From the IMG/VR virus record IMGVR_UViG_3300009448_000012, positions 1 through 64,000 of that record: a DNA stretch of 64,000 nt. One strand, 5' to 3'. The stretch is from a virus. Below the pieces are notes generated by a model. The model searched no databases. It saw only the letters and a list, made by a program, of their open reading frames with translations, and had not been told where the DNA came from. This document shows, one piece after another, positions 29,418-39,622 of this stretch (the stretch's first letter is position 1; each line of letters begins with the position of its first letter). The translations under genes and the position numbers were made by a program.

Positions 29418-29822
29418 ATGACCGAAGCGACCAGCAATTTCGAACACCGGCTGGATAGCCTGGAACAACAAGGCGTGGATAATCGGAACCGGCTGGTTCA
29501 TGTCGAACGGCAGGTCGCGGACGTCGCGCGCAATGTCGATTCACTAGGGACCAAACTCGACACGGTTGTCAGCGCCGTGACGACCGTCACCGCTCAGCCA
29601 AAATTCGACATTTACAAGGTCGTTCCGCTGATCGTTTCGATCGTCATCCTGGTCGGCGCCGCCTCGACGGCCGTGACGTATATCGCGTCGAACATCAACG
29701 CGCCGGCGATCGCCGAGGCCAAGGCGGAAATCAAGTTTCTGGGTCAGCGGCTCGACAACGGTTGGTTCAAGGCGTCCAATATGAGCATTCGAGCACCAGG
29801 GGGATCGGTATCGCCGCAATGA
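29418..29822 (+). CDS. Coiled-coil plus single-TM protein, possibly lysis-associated
   Basis: Heptads, then VVPLIVSIVILVGAA; lies upstream of the endolysin. Confidence 0.6.
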   Translation: MTEATSNFEHRLDSLEQQGVDNRNRLVHVERQVADVARNVDSLGTKLDTVVSAVTTVTAQPKFDIYKVVPLIVSIVILVGAASTAVTYIASNINAPAIAEAKAEIKFLGQRLDNGWFKASNMSIRAPGGSVSPQ

Positions 29823-30007
29823 TCACAACACGACGCGCCGCGCTGATCGAGCGCAAGGACGCACTCGCCGCCAGCCTGCGCGCTGATGTCGAGGCCATGC
29901 CGAACGAGGTCGACCGCAAGGGGTTCTCGCAAGCCGTCGAGCTTGGGAACCTGCTCGCCGACATCTTGATCGACATCGCGCATCCCGTGACGGACGCCCC
30001 AAGCTAG
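29819..30007 (+). CDS. Hypothetical protein
   Basis: ATGA-coupled short ORF. Confidence 0.5.
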   Translation: MITTRRAALIERKDALAASLRADVEAMPNEVDRKGFSQAVELGNLLADILIDIAHPVTDAPS

Positions 30008-30019
30008 GACCCTGTGACC

Positions 30020-30766
30020 ATGACGAACAGGCGATTGTCTAAGGCCGGTGCTGGCGCCGGTGCAGCGCATGAGGCTTGCTATTTGTTCGCCTATCCCGAT
30101 CCGGGAACCGGCGGCGATCCCTGGACGATCGGCGTCGGGCACACCGGCCGCGCCGGCTTGCCGAACGTGCGGCGCGGCGACCGGATCAGCTTCACCAGGG
30201 CGTTCGAGATTTACGCGGTCGACATGGGCAAGGTCGAGACCGACGTGAACCGGGCGATCACGGTGGACCTGGAGCAACATGAATTCGACGCGGCGTGCAT
30301 TTTCCATCTCAACACCGGCGCGATCCGCGCGGGCTCGGTCGACGACAAGCTGAACCGGGGCGACCGCGCGGGCGCGTTCAAGACGTGGGGCGCCTACATC
30401 AACGCCGGCGGCAAGCCGATGAAGGGGCTCATCACGCGCCGCGCCGAGGAAATCGAGATCTTCAAGACCGGGCGTTATCCGACGCGCCGGATCTTGGTCA
30501 AGGACACGCAAACGGGATCAGGGCGTTACGTCGCGCCGTCCTCGATTCCGTGGCGTGGGGACGTGCCGGCCGGCGGAATTGACCCGACGCCGGTCGCACG
30601 TCCCGCGATCGTCGCCGAAATACCGGCGCCCAAAATCGTGACCTCGCCGGTGAAGGTCGCCACGCCCGCGCGGCCGATCGGCAAGCCGGCGTCGGCGCCG
30701 TGGTATTCTCGATTTTGGGAATGGATCAGCACGGGCAATGACGGCGCAATCGCCGGCTTAGGATAG
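30020..30766 (+). CDS. Endolysin, GH24 lysozyme
   Basis: HE....AYPDPGTG..PWTIGVGHT, QHEFDA, FHLNTG, GLITRRAEE. Confidence 0.92.
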   Translation: MTNRRLSKAGAGAGAAHEACYLFAYPDPGTGGDPWTIGVGHTGRAGLPNVRRGDRISFTRAFEIYAVDMGKVETDVNRAITVDLEQHEFDAACIFHLNTGAIRAGSVDDKLNRGDRAGAFKTWGAYINAGGKPMKGLITRRAEEIEIFKTGRYPTRRILVKDTQTGSGRYVAPSSIPWRGDVPAGGIDPTPVARPAIVAEIPAPKIVTSPVKVATPARPIGKPASAPWYSRFWEWISTGNDGAIAGLG

Positions 30767-30779
30767 AAGGAACCATCGC

Positions 30780-31427
30780 ATGTACAATCGCTCCAAACTG
30801 GTCGCCCTGGTGGCGATCGCCGTCATGATCACAGCGGCGCCATCGCTGGCGCAAACCGTCGACTTGCGGACGCCGGCCGGCGAGGTCGTCACTTACCTGT
30901 TCGGCATGCTCGCGACGGCGCTGACCGCGCTCGCTAGCGTCGCGATCCGGCTGGTCATGGTCAAGGTCGGGATGCAGAACAGCGCGCTCGAACAGAACCT
31001 AAATGACCGGCTGAATGACATCATCTTCAAGGGGATGGACTTCGCGCAGGCGACTGCCGAAAACGAGATCCTGAAAAAGGGTTCGGGCCTGGAGGCGGTC
31101 AAGTTCGACAATTACTTCATTTCGCTGGCGGCGAGCTATGTCGCCGAGCGCGCGCCCGACATCCTGAAGAAGTTCACGGTCACGCAGGAAAAGCTTGTCG
31201 AAATGATCTGGGCTCGCATCCCCGCTTACGCGCAGACCGTGCCGGTCATGGGCGGCGCCTCGACGCCGGCGACCGGCAAGGCTGTCGCGGCCGTGACGGG
31301 CGGTCCCTCGATCCCTGCGCGCGCGCAGCCGGCGCCGGTGATCGAGCAGCCGAAGACCGAAACGCCATTGCCAGCCGACAAGGTGTCCGCTAGCATGTTC
31401 GACGAGGCGCCCCAAACAGGCGCTTAA
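30780..31427 (+). CDS. Membrane protein, putative holin
   Basis: Signal-like N-terminus plus a TM helix; follows the endolysin. Confidence 0.55.
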   Translation: MYNRSKLVALVAIAVMITAAPSLAQTVDLRTPAGEVVTYLFGMLATALTALASVAIRLVMVKVGMQNSALEQNLNDRLNDIIFKGMDFAQATAENEILKKGSGLEAVKFDNYFISLAASYVAERAPDILKKFTVTQEKLVEMIWARIPAYAQTVPVMGGASTPATGKAVAAVTGGPSIPARAQPAPVIEQPKTETPLPADKVSASMFDEAPQTGA

Positions 31428-31592
31428 ACGACCCGTGGGCGCGGGTACGGCGATGGCGCTGGTCGGTCGGTCCCTGGCGGGTTCCCGGTTCGACCAGCGC
31501 TTCACCCCGCTCCACCAAGCCCGATAACCTGCCCTGTCGTCTCCAGCATGCCGCAAGCTCGCACGGTCCGCCCGCGCGGGCTTGCGGTCCGT

Positions 31593-32325
31593 TTAGGCGT
31601 CCCGCTGAAGCGGACCGCTGGCAAGCTCCATCTCGATGCCGTCCAGGCGCCCGACGACGCGCCAGCACGGCACGTAGTTGATCAGGCCCTTCTGTAGCTC
31701 GAACACGACGTGGCGGATCGGCGTGAGGCGTGGGGGCAGCACCAGGGCGGCTTCGACGGCCGTGACGAGCCGATGCGGTTCGTCGACCATGACGCGGACG
31801 ACCGGGGTCACATTCGGGTTCCACCCTTCGAGCGACTTGGACGCCCATGCGGCGCGGATCTCGGCGACGGCTTGCGTGGTCATTTCTGTTTGCCCGTCCC
31901 GTCGCATACCGGACAATCGACCGTCTCGACCGGTGTCTGGACGTGCTCGCGATCTTCGGCCGGGAAGATCTTCCCGAACGGCGCCGGCTGAACATCGACC
32001 TTCCCGTCGCCGCCGCATGGCTCGCACGGGTCCCCTTTAGCTGTCATTGGCTGTCGTCCTTTTCTGGTTTGCCGAACAGTGCGATGAACGCGCGGCGCCG
32101 GCGGTGTCGGCGCTGGATAGCCTCGACCCGGCGCATGTGAGCGACGCGGCGATCGAGATCCGGCGTCTTGCTGGAGCTATTCAGGTTGCTCCACATGAAG
32201 ACGATCAGGATCGCGATATGATAGTACGCGAGCAGCCACAGCGCGGCCGTTTGGATACCGGGCGACCCGTATGCGAGCATCACCGCAAAGGTCCCGATCA
32301 GGGTCCCGTAGCTGATCAGCATCAT
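31593..32325 (-). CDS. Three small genes: 31593-31883, 31880-32047 (CxxCxGxG zinc finger), 32044-32325 (two TM helices)
   Basis: ATGA-coupled chain; CEPCGGDG..CPVCDGTG in the middle gene. Confidence 0.6.
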
Positions 32326-32732
32326 TCCGGAATATCCGCGTCCAGCGCTTCGTCGATGTCCGCGATCAGCCGCGCGCGGACGCCGTCGCTCATCGGGTGC
32401 TCGACGTCGACGATCTCGCGGACGCTGGTCAGGGCGTCGCGAAGGTGCTGGACCATCATGCGATCGGTATTCGGCCCTGTGACCATCGGCGCGAGCGACA
32501 GCATCACTAGCCCGTCGCTCAGCGCGCCGAAGTCCGCGATATGGATGACCCGGACGCCGATCGGTTTGGTCGCGTCCTCGGCTAGGTCCTGGTTGCCGCG
32601 CCCCATTTCGAGCAGGTCGCCAGCCTTGACGTTGGCGCGGGTTTTGTCGACCAGGATTGCGCGCATCTCGCCGGCGCGGACGGCGTCCCAATAGTCGGCG
32701 CGGACAACTAGCTTGTGCGTCTTGGCGGTCAT
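32322..32732 (-). CDS. ASCH/DUF3850-like domain protein
   Basis: THKL....YWDAV..GE.RA......VKAGDLL pattern. Confidence 0.6.
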   Translation of the reverse strand: MTAKTHKLVVRADYWDAVRAGEMRAILVDKTRANVKAGDLLEMGRGNQDLAEDATKPIGVRVIHIADFGALSDGLVMLSLAPMVTGPNTDRMMVQHLRDALTSVREIVDVEHPMSDGVRARLIADIDEALDADIPE

Positions 32733-33496
32733 TTGGTTCGGTCCAAGGTTGCGTCGATATAGTCGACCAGGGTTTCGTTGGGGCTGTCGGCTTCGTTGAC
32801 CCAAACGGTGCAACAGATCGACAGGGCGTTGATATCGGCGAAGATCGACCGGCGGATCACGGCCAGCGCTTCGCGGGCCTCGACAAGCCGAGGGTCTTCA
32901 GGCGGCGTGCTGGTGGTCATGTGGCGGGCTCCGATCGTCCGCTAAGGCGCCGACACGCGGCCGGCGCCTGGACTGACGGTCAGTTGTGCGACGGCTTGCC
33001 GGGGTCGCTGGTCGGCGGCGGCTCCGGTGAGTCGGGGCTGTCCCAAAAGTCCGGATTGCGGGGATCGAAATTCGGGAGGTTGGTCGGATACTGAATATCC
33101 GGGTCCGGCTTGGGCGGCGGGTTATCGGCCATGGTTTTCCTTTCGGGCTGGTCGTCCACTAAGCCGCCGGGCTCGCCGGCGGCCGGGAAGGCGACCGTCA
33201 TTTCGACGGCATCCATTCAGATCGCGCGCGCGGCTGATGTGTCCAGCGGACCCAAGTCCACCAGATCAGTTCGAGCCGCACGAAGCGGGCGTAAAGCCGG
33301 ATGCGTCGCGGCGCCTGATCGACCAGTTCGAACAGGCAAGCGAGGAACATCAGGCTGTGACCTAAAGCGTTTCGAAACATCAGTGGTAAACCCCTGTTAG
33401 CAACCAGCCCATGAAGCGGTCGTCGCGGCATGCGATGACGAACATGACCAGCGTCATCAGCACGACGGTCATGACGGTGATCTGGTTCGTGGTCAT
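32729..33496 (-). CDS. Small genes: 32729-32920, 32980-33132 (Pro/Asp-rich 50 aa), 33380-33496 (38 aa TM peptide)
   Basis: Each has an RBS-like sequence (GGAG or AAAGGA) before its ATG. Confidence 0.55.
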
Positions 33497-33515
33497 GTTC
33501 GAGTCTCCAGATGTG

Positions 33516-33549
33516 AAAAAGGGACGGTCGCGATACACGGCCGCCCCTT
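33516..33549 (-). terminator. Intrinsic terminator after the OMP gene
   Basis: On the - strand: GGGGCGGCCG-loop-CGACCGTCCC then TTTTT. Confidence 0.7.
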
Positions 33550-33597
33550 CACTTCGGTCCGCCGCTTCGGCTTATGCCTGGGCTGACGGTCGCGACG

Positions 33598-34380
33598 TTA
33601 GAAGTTGTAGTTCAGACCGACCCGGACAACGTCCAGGTTCGCGTCGCCGTCGTGCGTGAAGGCGAAGCAGTCGACGCCCTTGGAACCGCCGAAGCTGTTC
33701 AAGTCGAATCGCTGCCATTCGCCGAACGCGGACAGGTGCTCGGTCAGCTTGACGTCGACGCCGCCACCAAAGGTGAACGCGGTGACGGTGTCGCTATAGC
33801 CCATGACGCTCACGGTCTCGCCGCCGAGCACGGGGCCGCCGATCGAGCCGTCGACCGAAATGTCGACCATGCCGACACCGACGAAGCCGTACACGCCGAC
33901 GCGCTCGATGACCTCGACGCCGCCCTTCAGCACGGCCGCCGCACGCCAATCGGAACCGACCGACAGCTTCCCGGTCGCATAGGTTTCGTCGACCTGACTG
34001 AAGTCGACCATCAGCACGGGGCCGCCATAGATGCGGCCGGCTTGGAACATATAGCCGCCGCGCAGACCACCGCCGATGCCCTTGTCACTGATGTCCGGCA
34101 GATTGCCGGCGATGCCGCCCTTCGTGCCGAAGTACTCGTTCAACGGCTTCTGGACCGAGCAGTTCGGGCAATCTTCCCAATTCATCGAGCCTTCGTGCTC
34201 GACGTCCAGGCGGTCCCAATTCACCGAAGCGCCGACGAAGAACCCGCCGAAGCTCGACTTCGAAACCTGATAGATCGCGGGCGCGTCGGCGCCGACGTCC
34301 TTGGTCGATCCGCGCAGGTCAGCAGCGCCGACCGACGTTGCGCCGGCGACGATCGCCAGCAAGGCATAGATAATTCGCAT
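33598..34380 (-). CDS. Outer-membrane beta-barrel protein, Omp25/RopB-like
   Basis: Signal peptide ending AADL, FGGFFVG, GGGLRGGYMFQ, TFGGGVD, C-terminal VVRVGLNYNF. Confidence 0.88.
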   Translation of the reverse strand: MRIIYALLAIVAGATSVGAADLRGSTKDVGADAPAIYQVSKSSFGGFFVGASVNWDRLDVEHEGSMNWEDCPNCSVQKPLNEYFGTKGGIAGNLPDISDKGIGGGLRGGYMFQAGRIYGGPVLMVDFSQVDETYATGKLSVGSDWRAAAVLKGGVEVIERVGVYGFVGVGMVDISVDGSIGGPVLGGETVSVMGYSDTVTAFTFGGGVDVKLTEHLSAFGEWQRFDLNSFGGSKGVDCFAFTHDGDANLDVVRVGLNYNF

Positions 34381-34441
34381 GCTTGTCTTTCCCCGTTTGA
34401 GCCACAGGACACAATGCCCCGTGATCATCCTTACGCACACT

Positions 34442-35783
34442 CTAACCCTTGTTGCGGTCCCCGTAAGCTTCGTCGGCGCGGTCGAGGTCGCTGGCGGCGC
34501 GCAGGTGTTGCGCGGCTTCACCATCGAGCCGATCGGCCTTCGCGGCGTCGCCCTGGTCGCGGGCGGTTTCCGCCTGCTTCTGGAGGTCGACCGCGTCGTT
34601 CACAAGCGCTTTGCTCGCCTGTCCTACGGGATGCGCATATTCGTCTGACATCGGTGTTCGTCCTAGTGAAGAAAAATCCCGGCCGGGAGATGCAAGCAGG
34701 GCGTGACCGGCCGGGTCGGGCTTTGGAGAATGCCCACGCCCGCTTGTTCTATGAGTCGTCGGTGCAGATCTCGACGATCGGTCCTTCGACCACGTCTTCG
34801 CCTCCGTTGTCGGCGGTCAGATACCGCCCGGCCGGCGAGAATAGGAAGCCGCTCACGGCCGCCAGTCGCCCGGCGTCGGCGTCATAAGCTACGACGGTTG
34901 CGTCCGGCGGATACTGCTTCAGCTTCTCGATCAGGTTGGCGACCGTGGTCATCATTCGGCGTCCGGTTTCGGCATCACGTTGTCGACGACGTGCCGGACT
35001 TCGTCAACGGCCTGTTCCGCATGCGCGATCGCGATCGCCGCGCTGTCCGGCTTGTCGTTCGCCGTGTCGCGAAGCGCTTGGCTCGTGTGGTCGGCGAGGT
35101 CGGATAAGGCGTCGTCCAGGCGTTCTTTGTTCATGTCGGTTTTCCGGGTGAAGGGGACGGCGCCGACCGTTGCTAGCGGTCGACGCCTGGGGGGACAACC
35201 TTAAAAAAGGGACAGTTGCAATTGCACCGGCCGCGTCGAGCGCTCGGCGATGTAGGCTTTCGCGATCTCGATCCGACGCGCTCGTTCTTCGGCGCGGTAC
35301 ACGATCAGATCATTTTCAATCTTGGTCCATTTGGCGTGGTCAGCTTCGGCTTTCGACTTCGTCCGAAAGGTCATGCAGTAGTATTCGTTTGCGATCTTCT
35401 TCGGATGCGTCGTGATTTTTCCGCTCACGAACCAGTAGCTACCACGTTTTTCGATTTGCATGTCTCATTCTCCAGTAGTTCGCAACGCCCTAGTTGGTGG
35501 ACTTGGGTCTGGGGACCCAAGTCCTAGTCGGTTACAGCTTGCAGTCGGGTGCGGGCTGATCCGGCTTTTGTTGTTCAGCTTTAAGCTTTTCTTCGAGGCG
35601 CTTTTTCATGAACTCACCGTAAACGGCGAGGACTTTTAATCCGACGTAACTGATAACGAAGCCAATCATTATCGTTCCGAGGACATCGCCTTTCGTGCAA
35701 CTCGCCGGCGACTTCGTTTCGGCTTGCGCCGGGACGACAATCAATTGCGCGGCGATGATTGCTGCGAAGATTTTCTTAAGCAT
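34442..35783 (-). CDS. Five small genes: 34442-34651, 34749-34955, 34952-35134, 35201-35461, 35532-35783
   Basis: Co-oriented with plausible RBSs; the last has a signal peptide and a TM helix. Confidence 0.6.
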
Positions 35784-35942
35784 CACACATTCTCCATTTT
35801 GCGTTCCGGGGAACCCCGGACCGGATGGAACCAAGTCCACCAAGTAAGGCGTTGCTTGTTTCTTTGGCAGCTTTCCGTTCCAACGTTTGTTAGACTGCGC
35901 TTGGAACGGTAAAGGATCAGTGGGGCCTGTCTTCTGATTACT

Positions 35943-35971
35943 AATGTATGCTCACTTGTGCTCACCGTCAA
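35943..35971 (-). promoter_or_regulatory. Sigma70-type early promoter with spacer motif
   Basis: TTGACG-17 nt (GTGAGCACAAGTGAGCA)-TACATT. Confidence 0.75.
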
Positions 35972-36128
35972 TAGAAAAACGAACGATTTTTCATTAAATC
36001 GACGATTATTGTTCCGACGATGAACGTCCAGATGATCACAGCGGCGGCGATGCTTGATCGAACGTGTCTAGGCATTGATTAACCTTGGAAAATGGTCGTG
36101 CCGACCGATCATCGACACGACCCTGTGA

Positions 36129-39100
36129 TTATTCCCCGCGTTTCGCGGCTTCGAGGTTTTCCAGCGCGGCCGTGATCTGATCACGGACATCGTTGAGCAG
36201 TTTGTAAGGATCGACGCCCACGCCGGCGGCGTCGATGTTGGTCTTGATCAGCTTCAGGTCAGCTTCGACGCCGCGCATCAGCTCGCGCCATTGCTTGATC
36301 ACGACGGTCTTAAGCGACGGCGCGGCCGCCGGCTTGGGACGGTTCTCCGGATCGAGCGACCGCGCCTTGACGACGCCTTCAGCCGTGCGGTGCGTGACGC
36401 CGCCGGCGATCTTCTTCCACGCCTTGCCCGTCCAGGTGTAAACGTCGGTCAGGTTGTTTCCGATGTCGCGGATCTCGCATGCGCCGACCTCGGTCCCGGC
36501 GTCGATCGGCACGGCGCCGGGATGAATGACCGCTTCGACTTCCTTCCACGTCAGGTCGTCGACCAGCCGATCGACGACGCCGGTGTTTTTCCATTCATCG
36601 ACCGCGTAAAGCCCGTCACCGGTCGAGACGGTGAACTTCACGCTGAACGTGCTGGTCGGTGACGGCTCGACCTCATCAGGCATGTCGACGTCGACCGCGT
36701 CGCCGGCGCGCGGCGGCGCGGTCAGGACGAACCCCTTAGCGGCCCAACGCTCGATCTGTTCTTCCGTGGGTGCGGCGAGCCGGGACACGTCGCCCATTCG
36801 TTGCGCCGCCTGTGCGACCAGCTCGACCGCGTCCCAATAGGTCGCCGAGACCGGGAAATTCTCGCCGCGCATGGTCAGCCATTGCCCCTTGGTCGCGCTC
36901 CAGCGTTGGACGCTCCAGCCGCCGGCGGGCTCGATCAGGTTCGGCATGATCCGAAACGTGCCTTCGTGCTCGGGAACGTTGGTCCCGACCGGCATGGTCA
37001 CGGTTTCGATGCGAACCGGCGGCTGTTGCGCGACGCTGGCGGCGTAAATCTGGTCGAAGGTCTCGGTCGGCGGGACATGCGCCGCGACGTTTGCGTGTGG
37101 CGGTTGTTCGGGCTGGTCAGCCTGCATCGTGCAATCCAGTGCGTGTTGACGGCGCCGGGCTTCCGAAAGCTGTTCAGCGACGTCGGCGAAGTGTTGGGGG
37201 TGTCGTTTCAGGTAGTGGATCGCGTCCGCCCGGTGGGCACTGTTCCCTTGCTGCTCGCCGCCGTTGGGTCCCTCGCCGGTGTGGCGAAGGTGATGATCGA
37301 GCGCTTCGAGACACGACAGGGCGGTCGCGATCGCGTGGCGGCCGTCCTGAAACCGGTTGGGCTTCGGCACGTCGCCGATCGGCGTCGTCCGCGTGGCGAT
37401 CGCCAGCGCTTCGTCGATCAGCTCGATCGCGCTCGGGACATATCGCGATATCATGCTGTCACCGCGCAGGCGGCGAAGGACCTCGGCGACCGCATCGAGG
37501 CGCGTGTTATTCGCCTCGATCATGCCGTCGCGAGCATCGACCGGTTCATCGTTGATCACGCTCACGGTTTGGTCGCTGATGATTTCGTCGATCAGCACCA
37601 TCGCCGAGCCGATCGCCGGGTCGTCGCTCCGGACACTATTCAGGATCTCGATCACGCGGGTCAGCCGGCGGACCGTCAGACCATCAGGTTCGTCGGCGAA
37701 TGGTTGCAAGCCTTGCAAGCCGCGATAGATCGTGTTTTCCGACCAGCCGGCCGCGACCAGCCTGGAGACGATCGTGTTCAGCGCGGCCGTTGCGTGGCTG
37801 TCGCGTCTCCATCCGAGGACCGCGCGGCACTGCTCGGCGAACGCGGTCAGTTCGGGACTATCCATTTTCCAGATCAAGCCGGTGTCCTGACCGTTCGGGT
37901 CGAGGATGCGGCGCGGCAGATCGTAACCAGGCGAAGCGCTGGCGATCTCGTTTTCACCGCGAACGATCGTGATCGCCTGACCGACCCTGTGACCATATTT
38001 CACGATCTCGCCTTCGGCCTCGGCGACGGTGTCGAACTGGCGCCATGGCCACAGCTCCGGCTCGCATTCCGATATCACCGCCGACCAATGTCCGCCGACC
38101 GGTGTCGCGCGCCAGCGCTCGATCTCGAACATGCCGTTCGTCGACGACTGGCGGACATGAAACGCACCGTCCATGATCCCGGCGACGGTCTCGGCGTCCT
38201 CGCCGGTGAGCAGTGCCGGCACATCGTCGGCGCTGATCAGCTCGACCGCGTAAGGGGCTTGTTCGCTGGACCAGTCGCCGAACGCTTGGATCGCCGAGGC
38301 GCGCGTATCGAACGACCTCGACAGCACGCGGTACATGACCGGGAAGCCGGTTTTCTTGTGAATGGCGGACCAGCCTTCGACGTCGTCGTGGATGAAGAAG
38401 AACCACAATCCGTTGTAGGGCGATTGCTGGATCTGAAACATCACCGGCGTCGGCTCGACCGCGATGTCGAAGTCGGGACCATTGGCGCCACGGAACGCGC
38501 TGATCGCGCGAAGCGCCTGTTCGCGGCTGACGAAGGTCGTCGGGCGAAGCGACGGTTCATCCGAGATACGCACGACCCGCTTGTCATAGCCGTCGTAAGG
38601 CGCGCCGATCCAAACGTATCCGCCTTGGTCGAGCCGCTGAATCAACCAGGACCCGGCGGCGTTCAGCACGATCCGCGCGGTCACGGTCGGGCGGGCGGGC
38701 ACATCGCGCGGCGAGGCGGGCGGCGTCGGTGTCATAGGCGGTTCGCCGGCGGGCTGGTTGTCGGCGATCCATTTTTCCGGCAAGCCGCTGATCCCCACGG
38801 TCAGCGGCACGTCGAGCATGAAGCGGTCTTTCATGCCGATCCGCGCGGCGTATCCGTGGATCGCCTTTTCGGTCGCTTCGTAGTTCGACCGAACCAGCAA
38901 GCCGTCGACCATGATGGTCCACCAGTTGCCGGCAAGGTCCTGTTGCTGGATCGCGCAGTCGGTGTTGATCATGCTTTTATCGCCGGCGCGCGAGAACCGC
39001 ACGATCCGGAACAGCTTGTCGGGACCCTGGACGATCGGCGCGTGATCGCCGGGAAGGAAGACCATCACGCCGGTTTTCGCCTTCGTCGCGGCGCGGTGTT

Positions 39101-39269
39101 TCTCGATCGCGGCGAGCGCGGCCGGGCTATCGGGGAAGGTTCCCGACAGCACGCTGTCGCTGTGCGGCGGGACCCAAACGCCGGCGGCGTTCCGTTGCTC
39201 GATCGCGATGGCGTAAGTCACCGGATCGCCGATCGGCTTGATCCGATATTCCTCGGTGTGCTGTGTCAT
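36129..39269 (-). CDS. 1046 aa multidomain protein built from repeated small modules
   Basis: Long ORF with GAGGA RBS; recurring F.I...W.I.RW...W...F.T...A modules. Confidence 0.85.
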   Translation of the reverse strand: MTQHTEEYRIKPIGDPVTYAIAIEQRNAAGVWVPPHSDSVLSGTFPDSPAALAAIEKHRAATKAKTGVMVFLPGDHAPIVQGPDKLFRIVRFSRAGDKSMINTDCAIQQQDLAGNWWTIMVDGLLVRSNYEATEKAIHGYAARIGMKDRFMLDVPLTVGISGLPEKWIADNQPAGEPPMTPTPPASPRDVPARPTVTARIVLNAAGSWLIQRLDQGGYVWIGAPYDGYDKRVVRISDEPSLRPTTFVSREQALRAISAFRGANGPDFDIAVEPTPVMFQIQQSPYNGLWFFFIHDDVEGWSAIHKKTGFPVMYRVLSRSFDTRASAIQAFGDWSSEQAPYAVELISADDVPALLTGEDAETVAGIMDGAFHVRQSSTNGMFEIERWRATPVGGHWSAVISECEPELWPWRQFDTVAEAEGEIVKYGHRVGQAITIVRGENEIASASPGYDLPRRILDPNGQDTGLIWKMDSPELTAFAEQCRAVLGWRRDSHATAALNTIVSRLVAAGWSENTIYRGLQGLQPFADEPDGLTVRRLTRVIEILNSVRSDDPAIGSAMVLIDEIISDQTVSVINDEPVDARDGMIEANNTRLDAVAEVLRRLRGDSMISRYVPSAIELIDEALAIATRTTPIGDVPKPNRFQDGRHAIATALSCLEALDHHLRHTGEGPNGGEQQGNSAHRADAIHYLKRHPQHFADVAEQLSEARRRQHALDCTMQADQPEQPPHANVAAHVPPTETFDQIYAASVAQQPPVRIETVTMPVGTNVPEHEGTFRIMPNLIEPAGGWSVQRWSATKGQWLTMRGENFPVSATYWDAVELVAQAAQRMGDVSRLAAPTEEQIERWAAKGFVLTAPPRAGDAVDVDMPDEVEPSPTSTFSVKFTVSTGDGLYAVDEWKNTGVVDRLVDDLTWKEVEAVIHPGAVPIDAGTEVGACEIRDIGNNLTDVYTWTGKAWKKIAGGVTHRTAEGVVKARSLDPENRPKPAAAPSLKTVVIKQWRELMRGVEADLKLIKTNIDAAGVGVDPYKLLNDVRDQITAALENLEAAKRGE

Positions 39270-39622
39270 AGGTCCTCATTGGGCAGGGTATCGCGAAAGT
39301 CTTCGTGCTGTTCGCCGTCCAGGCGGATGTGACGGGCGTTCTCGCACGTCATCATCTGGATTCGCAGGGGGATGTTATTCCCCTGGTTGATCTGGTTCAT
39401 CAGCCAACCGACGCAATGAACCTGTTCCTCGGTGTCGTGCTGGTGGCATCCCATGGCGACGATGATGCCGCCGGGCGTGTGCGAGGCGCCGGGCTCGGCG
39501 ATCGTGCATAACAACGCCCGGTGAAGGTCCTCGGAATAGCCGTCCGGGATCTCGCGCGGATCGGTCGTGACCTTCCACGGGCACTTGTCGCACTGGTGGA
39601 GCCGCTTCAGTTTCCAGGTCAT
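39266..39622 (-). CDS. Cys/His-rich protein (DUF6283-like)
   Basis: CDKCPW, MGCH, HCVGWL. Confidence 0.6.
   Translation of the reverse strand: MTWKLKRLHQCDKCPWKVTTDPREIPDGYSEDLHRALLCTIAEPGASHTPGGIIVAMGCHQHDTEEQVHCVGWLMNQINQGNNIPLRIQMMTCENARHIRLDGEQHEDFRDTLPNEDL

Noticed and set aside
36801-39332. Long antisense ORFs such as 36801-39332, 5505-7265, 51628-53139 and 33574-34887
   Set aside because: They are shadow frames opposite well-supported genes, as expected in high-GC DNA.
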